64,000 nt of DNA from Anaerolinea sp. (GTDB taxonomy: Bacteria > Chloroflexota > Anaerolineae > Anaerolineales > Anaerolineaceae). The translations under genes were made by a program, and so were the position numbers. This document shows, piece after piece, positions 51,269 through 58,698 of the stretch (the first letter of the stretch is position 1; every line of letters starts with the position of its first letter). The stretch covers positions 9,243 to 73,242 of the forward strand of contig PNON01000005.1 in the NCBI GenBank assembly GCA_013824865.1, given 5' to 3'. The notes under the pieces are model-generated. The model did no database searches and was not told the origin of the DNA. It saw only the letters and a program-made list of their open reading frames with translations.

Positions 51269-51361
51269 ATAAATTTGATCAATTATTCACACATTCTTGA
51301 CCTGAAGGGCAGGTGCATGAATATGTCATTGAAGTGTTGCACACTGGTTATCATGCCCGCG

Positions 51362-51391
51362 TTGATAAAAGCAGGATATTAGTGGTATTAT
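51362..51391 (+). promoter_or_regulatory. candidate promoter for rnpB
   Basis: TTGATA (51362-51367), 18 nt, TATTAT (51386-51391). The predicted start is about 7 nt downstream, coinciding with the P1 5' strand of RNase P RNA. Confidence 0.4.
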
Positions 51392-51398
51392 TTTGTTA

Positions 51399-51820
51399 CC
51401 AGGCTGGTCGGATGAGCGCGGCCTCTTCGTGAGGTCGAGGAAAGTCCGCACTCCGCAGGGCAGGATGCCGGATAACATCCGGAGCGGCGAGCTGAAAGGC
51501 GAAGCTGCTGGATCGGGCCACAGAAACAGACAGCCCTCAATCCTCCCCCTCTCCTTTAGAGGAGAGGGTTGGGGTGAGGTGTGATGGTGAAAAGGCGGTG
51601 TAAGAGACCACCGGCGCAGGCAGCAATGCAGGCGGCCAGGCAACCCCCATCCGGAGCAAGGTCAAGCAGGGACAAGAAGCTGCCCGCTTCATTTGAGTCT
51701 CGGGTAGACTGCATGAGCGGCACAGCAATGCACCGCCTAGAGAGATGCTCATCCATGGAAATGCGGTCCCTCAGGGGATACCCGTTTTTTGGACAGAATG
51801 CGGCTTACAGATCAGCCTGG
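51399..51820 (+). ncRNA. rnpB: RNase P RNA, bacterial type A
   Basis: Universally conserved blocks appear in the right order: GAGGAAAGTCCG, GGGCAGGATGCCGGATAAC, ACAGAAACAG, GGTGAAAAGGCGGTGTAAGAGACCACC, CCGGAGCAAGGTCAAG, GGGTAGACTGC, CCTAGAGAGATG, ACAGAATGCGGCTTACAG. The P1 stem pairs CCAGGCTGGTC (51399-51409) with GATCAGCCTGG (51810-51820). Confidence 0.9.
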
Positions 51821-51828
51821 TAATTTAT

Positions 51829-51997
51829 ATGGTATTTCCGACCCTCACCGGGTAAGCATTAGGTCAGGATATTTTGAAAGCCCCTGGAGGCGAGTGACTC
51901 TCCTCGTGATTTCAGTCCGCTGGTTATTATCTGCGATTGACTATGATAATCACACGCAAAGCTTCTGAAATCGCATGCTTTACCCGGAGAATACCAT
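51829..51997. repeat. ~170-nt extended imperfect inverted-repeat / branched hairpin element of unknown nature
   Basis: Nested complementary arms are present. ATGGTATT.TCCG...GGGTAAGCAT (51829-51859) pairs with ATGCTTTACCCGGAGAATACCAT (51975-51997). GTGATTTCAG (51906-51915) pairs with CTGAAATCGC (51965-51974). GTTATTATC (51923-51931) pairs with GATAATCAC (51945-51953). Confidence 0.5.
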
Positions 51998-52154
51998 TTA
52001 TTAACCACAACCTTAAAGAAGATTGATTTTGCTTAAACTGACGATGTGGTGAGGAATGCCCACATGTTCCGTGTAATCATCCGCTAAATAAGAGGCTCTT
52101 GTGGTGTTAATTCGAACAGAAGTAGTATGGGGATTGATAATTGCAAAAATTAAT

Positions 52155-52859
52155 TTATCGTAATCCATGCATTGTAAGCAAGTTTTGGTCTTTAAGTATT
52201 AATTTCGTGTCGCCATCTGCAATTATCTTTCCGCCAGCCAGAAGAACCGTTCTTGTAGCTAGCAAATTCACCATATCCAAGTCATGCGTGGCAATTAACA
52301 TAGTCTGTGGCAATTCCAGCAGCAACTCAATTAATTCGCGTCGGCCACGAGGGTCCAATCCTGCTGTTGGTTCGTCGAAAACCAGAATTTCCGGTTTCAT
52401 GGATAACACTGTTGCGATGGAAATTCGTTTTTTTTCTCCACTACTCAGGTGATAGGGATTACGATGGGTAAGTTCCCCCATTTGGACTGCTTTCAAAGCT
52501 TGTTCAACGGTTGCCCTTACTACCTGTTTCTCCAAACCCTGATGAATTGGCCCATAAGCTACATCTTCAAAAACAGTTGACGAAAAAAGTTGGTCGTCTG
52601 GATTTTGAAAAACCAACCCTACAAAGGCGCGAATATATCCTAGATTATGTTTTGTTAATTCCATCCCGCCCACATGAATTTTTCCCTGCCCGGTCAAAAT
52701 TCCATTTACCTGATATAAGAGGGTTGATTTTCCAGCACCGTTCGCACCTACCAGGGCTATCTTTTCCCCTTGCATCACCTTTAGGTTGATATTTGCCAAA
52801 ACTAGTTTTCCATCTGGATAAGAAAAAGACAAATCGCAAATTTCAATAATTGGCTCCAA
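52155..52859 (-). CDS. cbiO: ECF-transporter ATPase component (CbiO/NikO-like)
   Basis: 234 aa with Walker A GANGAGKST, the ABC signature LSSGEKKRIS and Walker B ILVFDEPTAGLD. It is the last gene of the cbiM-Q-O order. Confidence 0.88.
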   Translation of the reverse strand: MEPIIEICDLSFSYPDGKLVLANINLKVMQGEKIALVGANGAGKSTLLYQVNGILTGQGKIHVGGMELTKHNLGYIRAFVGLVFQNPDDQLFSSTVFEDVAYGPIHQGLEKQVVRATVEQALKAVQMGELTHRNPYHLSSGEKKRISIATVLSMKPEILVFDEPTAGLDPRGRRELIELLLELPQTMLIATHDLDMVNLLATRTVLLAGGKIIADGDTKLILKDQNLLTMHGLR

Positions 52860-52862
52860 ACC

Positions 52863-53654
52863 TCAACCTCCAGTTAACATACCCAGTATCCATAAGAACG
52901 CCAGGAGGGGTATTCCAATAATTAGGAACCACCAATCTTGTCCTGCCAGAGCTGTTGCTTCACTGGCAGGTAGTTCGCCATTGTAACCCCTGGATAACAT
53001 GGCAGCATAAACCCGATCGCTGCGTTCCAGAGAACGCAAGAATAAGCTACCAGCCATACCACCAGTTACACTCGCGCGCCTGAATATGCTCCCGCTCATA
53101 GGATGGGAGCCTGGCATAGTGGCACTCCGACTAGCCCGCGCACGCATCATGCGAATTACTTCCTCGCTGATCAAAAATAAATACCGCCACATTAATCCAA
53201 TAATTGAGATAAATATTTTTGGAACCCTTAATTGCATCAAGGCATTCATTAAATCAGGGAAACGAGATGTGGCTGCCAGTATAATCGCGGCCTGGACTGA
53301 AATCCAGGACTTAAACGCTATGCTGGCGAAGCGCTCAAAGCCTTCCGGACTGTATGGCACCTCAATCCCTTGAAAAACAGGTACTAAGACATAAGGGAGT
53401 TGCCTGGTAAAGGTAAGTGGGACTGCTGCCAATATAAATGGTAAAACCATTAGCGACCGCTTCTGCACAAAACCAAAGCTTAAGCGAGAGAAAAGCGCAA
53501 CCGAGATGATTAAAGTCAGAAAGAGGATATATGCAGGCCAGGCTTTGAAAGGAGTCAAGTTGAGGAAAATGATAAATGCAAGGGTGAGGGTAATTTTCAC
53601 CCTTGCATCGAGTTGATGGATGCGGCTGCCAACGTTTTTATAAAGTTCTCGCAC
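52863..53654 (-). CDS. cbiQ: ECF-transporter transmembrane T component (CbiQ-like)
   Basis: 263 aa, polytopic, with the N-terminus LDARVKITLTLAFII and ARASRS-type motifs of CbiQ/EcfT. Confidence 0.85.
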   Translation of the reverse strand: MRELYKNVGSRIHQLDARVKITLTLAFIIFLNLTPFKAWPAYILFLTLIISVALFSRLSFGFVQKRSLMVLPFILAAVPLTFTRQLPYVLVPVFQGIEVPYSPEGFERFASIAFKSWISVQAAIILAATSRFPDLMNALMQLRVPKIFISIIGLMWRYLFLISEEVIRMMRARASRSATMPGSHPMSGSIFRRASVTGGMAGSLFLRSLERSDRVYAAMLSRGYNGELPASEATALAGQDWWFLIIGIPLLAFLWILGMLTGG

Positions 53655-53657
53655 ATT

Positions 53658-54635
53658 TCACCTTTGATTGCTTTCCTGAGTAGATGTGGGTATTGCGGTG
53701 CGGGCGATACCGTAGGCCACACTAAAAACAATAACCGCCCCCAGGATACCAGCAGCAATGGTCGCCAAGGCGATATTAGAAATTCCGGGGATCGCGTAAT
53801 CGGGGACAATCTGAAAAAGAGATGCTTTAGCCAATTCTATAAAACCATGTTGGTCCGCAACCCATTCCAATCCATCTGGATGGCTGGAAGCCATTGGTGA
53901 AAGCGCTACCAGCGCCAGCACAAGTATACTTCCTCCGATTATGACACCCTTGTTACTGGCAGGTTTGTTATCACCCCCCCTGAGCAAATCCTTACGGGTT
54001 GCAGAGAGTAACACAAGAGCCCCAGTTGTAATCAGACCTTCTCCAATTCCAATTAAAGCATGTATGGCACCCATTGCGGGAATGGAAATATTCGCAGGAG
54101 ATGTACCAGATACTGCCAGTTGAAGAGCACAAAATAGCGATGCGAAGAAGATCGAACTCCAGGCAGCAACAAAACCAGCGACATATATTCCCCTGGATTG
54201 TTTTTTAAAGAGATAGGAGACCAAAGCGTAGACTGTGTAAGCAACAAAAACACCTACAATGGCCATATTCATAATATTTGCGCCCAACGCTAGAATCCCA
54301 CCATCCTGGAAGAGCAGCGCCTGAACTGAAACGACCGAGGTCATTACGAGGACTGCTGGCCAGGGGCCCAACAAAATGACAGCGATGGCAGCGCCCAATA
54401 AATGTCCCGAAGTCCCGCCTGTTACACTAAAATTGAGCATCTGCCCAGCAAAAATTGCCGCGGCTAAAATGCCCATCAAAGGCGCTTCGCGTTCGCCTAG
54501 TTCATTGTTCGTTTTCTTCAGCGCAATTCCTACCACAATCGCAGAAATAACCCACAAAACAATAGAAACAATAACCGAAAGGAATCCATCCGGTATATGC
54601 ATGGCTTGTGGGGAAAGAACCGGTGAAAACAACAT
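53658..54635 (-). CDS. cbiM: ECF metal (Co/Ni) substrate-capture component CbiM/NikM fused to a PDGLE domain
   Basis: 325 aa. The MHIPDGFLS motif begins at residue 12. A C-terminal extra TM helix carries SHPDGLEWVADQHGF (PDGLE). GAGGT lies 5 nt upstream of ATG 54635, and there is no RBS before the internal ATG 54602. Confidence 0.85.
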   Translation of the reverse strand: MLFSPVLSPQAMHIPDGFLSVIVSIVLWVISAIVVGIALKKTNNELGEREAPLMGILAAAIFAGQMLNFSVTGGTSGHLLGAAIAVILLGPWPAVLVMTSVVSVQALLFQDGGILALGANIMNMAIVGVFVAYTVYALVSYLFKKQSRGIYVAGFVAAWSSIFFASLFCALQLAVSGTSPANISIPAMGAIHALIGIGEGLITTGALVLLSATRKDLLRGGDNKPASNKGVIIGGSILVLALVALSPMASSHPDGLEWVADQHGFIELAKASLFQIVPDYAIPGISNIALATIAAGILGAVIVFSVAYGIARTAIPTSTQESNQR

Positions 54636-54681
54636 CGTTTACCTCGATAAACTATAATGTACAATTGTGAGAAAGTTGTGC

Positions 54682-54746
54682 TAATTATTATAATACATTA
54701 TTTTGCATCTGCAATATTTCGCACTATAATTATATTCTATAATTAT
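54682..54746. promoter_or_regulatory. AT-rich palindromes in the cbiM/fur divergent region: candidate Fur-family operators
   Basis: One site is TAATTAT-T-ATAATAC (54682-54696). The other is a perfect inverted repeat, ATAATTATA-ttc-TATAATTAT (54726-54746). The second overlaps a putative fur promoter (TTGCAT 54703-54708, 16 nt, TATAAT 54725-54730). Confidence 0.4.
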
Positions 54747-54761
54747 TTCAGGTAAAAATAT

Positions 54762-55193
54762 ATGCGTGCTTCATCTGTTGATCAAATCATTATCGAAACT
54801 TTATCAAAAGAACATGCCCACTTGACCTCGCTCCAGGTATTTGAAGAAATCCGCAAACGTCTCCCCGCGGTTAATCAATCCACAGTATACCGAGCGCTGG
54901 AACGTCTGGTAAAAAATGGCAAAGTTTCTGTTTCTGACATGGGTACAGGTTCAGCAGTTTTCGAATTGCTGGTAGATGGCCTGCATCATCACCTGATCTG
55001 CCAAAAGTGCGGACAAGTGATTACGATGAATCATGCAGATGTGATGGTATTCTTTGCTGCTATCCAGAATAAATACCATTTTAAGGTAATTACAAACCAT
55101 TTAATTCTTTTCGGAACGTGCAATAACTGCACGAAATCAAGCGGGAGTAAAGAGGGACACGAAAATCAAGATGCCCAGACGGACTTATTTTGA
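54762..55193 (+). CDS. Fur-family metalloregulator
   Basis: 143 aa with a winged helix (NQSTVYRALERLVKNG), HHHLIC, and the CxxC pairs CQKCG and CNNC. It is divergent from the ECF metal transporter. Confidence 0.88.
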   Translation: MRASSVDQIIIETLSKEHAHLTSLQVFEEIRKRLPAVNQSTVYRALERLVKNGKVSVSDMGTGSAVFELLVDGLHHHLICQKCGQVITMNHADVMVFFAAIQNKYHFKVITNHLILFGTCNNCTKSSGSKEGHENQDAQTDLF

Positions 55194-56486
55194 CTTGATC
55201 ATTCCCTCAAGTATATCCGTCGTCAGGGACTTCGGCCGCTCAAGTGGCTTGCCCATCGCCCTGGACCAGACTACATGGGTGGTTAACCCCAAAATGCGGC
55301 TGAAACCAAACAAAACGGTGTAGAAATCGGTCTCTTTCACCCCGAAATGATGCTGCAACATTCCATTGATCGCATCCACATTTGGCCAGGGGTTCTTCAC
55401 CTTCGCTGTTTCAGAAAGGATACCAGGCAGGATCTGATATACCAACTCCACCAACTTGAATAGAGGATCATCTGCCATGTATTTCAATGCGAATTCCCGC
55501 TGAGCAGTAAACCGTGGATCGGTGACCCGCAGCACTGCGTGTCCGTATCCCGGGATAACGCGACCGCTAGCCAGGAAATCCAGCAGGTATGATCTCAATT
55601 GCTCTTCTGTGGGCAGCTCGTTGAAGTGGGATTGTACATCCAGCAGCCAGCGCAGGCATTCCTGATTTGCCAACCCGTGCAAAGGACCGGCAAGGCCATT
55701 CATCCCCGCTGAACAGGAAAGGTAAATATCCGAAAGCGCAGAACCCACCAGGTGACTGGTGTGCGCGCTGACATTCCCACCTTCGTGGTCGGAGTGTAGC
55801 ACTACGAACAGCCGCATCAGATCCATATACGCCGGATCATTTTTTCCGATCATGTAGGCAAAGTTGGCGCTCCAATCCAGCTTAGGGTTGGGCTGCACAA
55901 GCACGCCATTGCGGTATTTGAGATTATAAATATTGGCTACAATGGTTGGCAGCTTTGCAATCAGGTTCAGACTATCTTCCAGGTAATAACCCCAGTAATC
56001 CGCCTTGTCAATGCCATAATAAAAACGCCGGGCAAACACCGATTCGCTCTGCAGCGCCAGGATGGCCTGCGAAAAGAGTGTCATTGGGTGGGCATATGCT
56101 GGCATGGGCTGCAACGACTTGAATACATGGTCGGGCACATTGCTGCGCACCTTCCATTCGATTTCTACCTGGTTGGCTTCCTGTTTCGTAGGCATCTCAC
56201 CTGTCATTAACAGGTAATACAACCCGCCAGCCAGTGGGAACTCGCCATGATCAGATTTTGGCAGCTGCGCTAATACTTCTGGAATGGTATACCCGCGCAG
56301 TCGCAACCCTTCCTGCGGATCCACATGCGAAACATCTGTCACGTGGATGGGAACGCCGCGAATGCCGCCATATATCTGCTCGACGGTGACATCCGCAATG
56401 GAAAACTTGCCATGGTCCTTGACCAGGCGCTGCATCCTGGCCCGTTCTTCTGATAATTTAGCGGCAATCCTGTGTTCAATGTTCAT
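55185..56486 (-). CDS. gltA: citrate synthase
   Basis: 433 aa with the citrate synthase catalytic region (LHSDHEGGNVSAHT, GYGHAVLR). It overlaps the upstream iclR-type gene by 4 nt. Confidence 0.9.
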   Translation of the reverse strand: MNIEHRIAAKLSEERARMQRLVKDHGKFSIADVTVEQIYGGIRGVPIHVTDVSHVDPQEGLRLRGYTIPEVLAQLPKSDHGEFPLAGGLYYLLMTGEMPTKQEANQVEIEWKVRSNVPDHVFKSLQPMPAYAHPMTLFSQAILALQSESVFARRFYYGIDKADYWGYYLEDSLNLIAKLPTIVANIYNLKYRNGVLVQPNPKLDWSANFAYMIGKNDPAYMDLMRLFVVLHSDHEGGNVSAHTSHLVGSALSDIYLSCSAGMNGLAGPLHGLANQECLRWLLDVQSHFNELPTEEQLRSYLLDFLASGRVIPGYGHAVLRVTDPRFTAQREFALKYMADDPLFKLVELVYQILPGILSETAKVKNPWPNVDAINGMLQHHFGVKETDFYTVLFGFSRILGLTTHVVWSRAMGKPLERPKSLTTDILEGMIKSK

Positions 56487-57328
56487 GATCTTGTCCTGTC
56501 CTTCATGTAAGATGAGTTGCTGGTGCTTCCCATGGCGCGAGAAATTTCCCTGCCCGCCGGGATGAGTTGCTGACCATATCTTTCAATCACTTCTTTGTCA
56601 AACCGTTGCGATGGTCCGGAGATGGTCAGCGCCCCAGCTACCTGGTTATCATGCCCAAAGATGGGCGCTGCCACGCCAGAAGCATCTTCAATCCATTCGC
56701 CATAGCTGAAAGCATATCCTCGCGCCTGGATAACCGCCAGCTCTTCACGCAGCTTGGCGGCATCGGTGATGGTGTGCCGGGTGAACGGTAGTAATGGCAC
56801 AGTTGTGAGTATCTGCTCCGTCTGCTCAGTTGACAGGTAAGCCAGGATCACCTTGCCTGCGGAGCCGGCATAGAGCGGCAGGCGCAGTCCCAGCCGGGCG
56901 ACAATACGCACCCGCTGTGGTGATTCCAACCTTTCTACGCACACCCGGTCAGTGCCATCCAGCACATACAGGCTAATGGTTTCCAGCGTGGAGGCTTGGA
57001 GATCAGCCATTACAGGCATCGCAATGGCTCGGATATCCAATGCAGATAGGTACACACCCGTCCAGTTTAGCAGCCGGATCCCCAGGCTGTAGGTTTTTGT
57101 CTCAGGATCCTGGCGCAGGATTCCACGTTCCCGCATGGATTGCAGCAGTCGCCCTGTTGTGCTGGGCGACATATCCGCCATCCGGGCGAGCTCCCGTACC
57201 CCCATTTCCGCCTTTTCAGGTGTGAAGCAATCGAGGATGCTGCATACATGCGCCAGAACCCCGCGCTCAGCCAGAGGATTATTCTCGTCATTATGTCCCA
57301 TTATATTAGACAGCGTCCCATGTTTCAT
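56483..57328 (-). CDS. IclR-family transcriptional regulator
   Basis: 281 aa with an N-terminal wHTH (GVRELARMADMSPSTTGRLLQSM) and a C-terminal IclR effector domain (AFSYGEWIEDASGVAAPI). Confidence 0.88.
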   Translation of the reverse strand: MKHGTLSNIMGHNDENNPLAERGVLAHVCSILDCFTPEKAEMGVRELARMADMSPSTTGRLLQSMRERGILRQDPETKTYSLGIRLLNWTGVYLSALDIRAIAMPVMADLQASTLETISLYVLDGTDRVCVERLESPQRVRIVARLGLRLPLYAGSAGKVILAYLSTEQTEQILTTVPLLPFTRHTITDAAKLREELAVIQARGYAFSYGEWIEDASGVAAPIFGHDNQVAGALTISGPSQRFDKEVIERYGQQLIPAGREISRAMGSTSNSSYMKDRTRS

Positions 57329-57404
57329 TGTATAATAGTTTACATAATAAGTATGATCCTGTCAACAAGCAAAACACAAGCAAAACTAAAATAGGAGAGA
57401 ATCC

Positions 57405-58697
57405 ATGCCCAAACTGCCTTCGCCTGTGAATGAACAGATAATCCAATTTATTGGTGGCAAGATACAGGTTCCGGATCAACCTGTCATTCCATATATAGAA
57501 GGTGACGGCGTTGGACCTGAGATTTGGCGGGCTGCCAGGCAGGTCATGGAAGGGGCGGTTGAGCTGGCATACCAGGGTAAACGCCAAATTCTCTGGAAGG
57601 AATTGCTCGCTGGCGGCAAGGCTTTCAACCTGACCGGCTCCTGGCTTCCCCAGGAAACATTGCTGGCTTTGAAGACCTACCATATAGGCATGAAAGGTCC
57701 GCTCACCACCCCCATCGGTGAAGGTATTCGTTCATTAAACGTCGCCCTGCGTAAGGAACTGGATCTGTATACCAGCCTGCGGCCGGTGAAGTACATGCCG
57801 GGCGCCCCATCACCACTACAAAAACCGGAAAACGTGGATATCGTCCTGTTTCGCGAGAATACCGAGGATGTGTATGCAGGCATCGAATTTGAGTCCGGAT
57901 CTGTGGATGCACAAACGCTGGTAACTTTTCTGCAAGAACGGTTTCCCGATAGCTATGCCAGGCTGCGCTTCCCGTCATCTTCCGCCATTGGATTAAAACC
58001 CATCTCTCGGGAAGGTTCCGAGCGCATCGTACGCACAGCCATTGAATGGGCGCTGCACAACCACCGTAAAAGTCTGACCATCATCCACAAGGGCAATATC
58101 ATGAAATACACCGAAGGTGCCTTTATGAAATGGGGCTACGCCTTGGCAGAAAATGATTTTGCTGAACAAATCTACTCCATGCATCAGTGGAAGGAGACAG
58201 CACAAAAGAGCGGTGAAGCTGCCGCAAATCTTGAGCTTGAATATGCCAAGAACGCTGGCAGGCTGATTATTCGTGACATGATTGTGGACGCGGCTTTTGA
58301 ACGGGCTATCATCCATCCTCAGGATTTAGATGTGATCGTCACCACAAACTTGAACGGCGACTACCTTTCCGACGCGCTGGCAGCACTGGTGGGCGGACTG
58401 GGCATCGCACCCGGCGCTAACATCAATTTCGTCACTGGCGATGCCATCTTCGAAGCCGCCCACGGTACCGCGCCTGCCATTGCAGGTAAAAATATCGCCA
58501 ATCCTTCTTCCCTCATCCTTTCTTCGGTGTTGATGTTACGCTACCTGGGCTGGAACGAGGCTGCCAACCTGGTAGAGAATGGCCTGCGCAAGACCCTGGC
58601 CAGCCGACATGTGACTGCTGATTTTTACGACCAGGTCAAGAACGCCACCCTGCTTAGTACCTCGGAGTTCGCTGAGCAGATCATTCAAAGGATGTAG
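57405..58697 (+). CDS. icd: NADP-dependent isocitrate dehydrogenase (prokaryotic homodimeric type)
   Basis: 430 aa with PYIEGDGVGPEIW, LNVALRKELDLYTSLRPV and NLNGDYLSDALAALVGGLGIAPGAN. Confidence 0.93.
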   Translation: MPKLPSPVNEQIIQFIGGKIQVPDQPVIPYIEGDGVGPEIWRAARQVMEGAVELAYQGKRQILWKELLAGGKAFNLTGSWLPQETLLALKTYHIGMKGPLTTPIGEGIRSLNVALRKELDLYTSLRPVKYMPGAPSPLQKPENVDIVLFRENTEDVYAGIEFESGSVDAQTLVTFLQERFPDSYARLRFPSSSAIGLKPISREGSERIVRTAIEWALHNHRKSLTIIHKGNIMKYTEGAFMKWGYALAENDFAEQIYSMHQWKETAQKSGEAAANLELEYAKNAGRLIIRDMIVDAAFERAIIHPQDLDVIVTTNLNGDYLSDALAALVGGLGIAPGANINFVTGDAIFEAAHGTAPAIAGKNIANPSSLILSSVLMLRYLGWNEAANLVENGLRKTLASRHVTADFYDQVKNATLLSTSEFAEQIIQRM

Positions 58698-58698
58698 C

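Noticed and set aside
51326-51823. Five ORFs of 63-105 aa on both strands (51326..51643, 51393..51584, 51537..51752, 51556..51756, 51581..51823).
   Set aside because: They lie entirely within the RNase P RNA gene (rnpB, 51399..51820), whose conserved blocks and P1 pairing explain the region. The translations are low-complexity and Arg/Pro/Ser-rich, with no RBS.
54636-54761. Cobalamin riboswitch upstream of the cbiMQO transporter (or of nrdJ).
   Set aside because: The spacer is only 126 nt, extremely AT-rich, and lacks the B12-box (GCCACTG-like) and the GC-rich helices. nrdJ is translationally coupled to nrdR with no leader.
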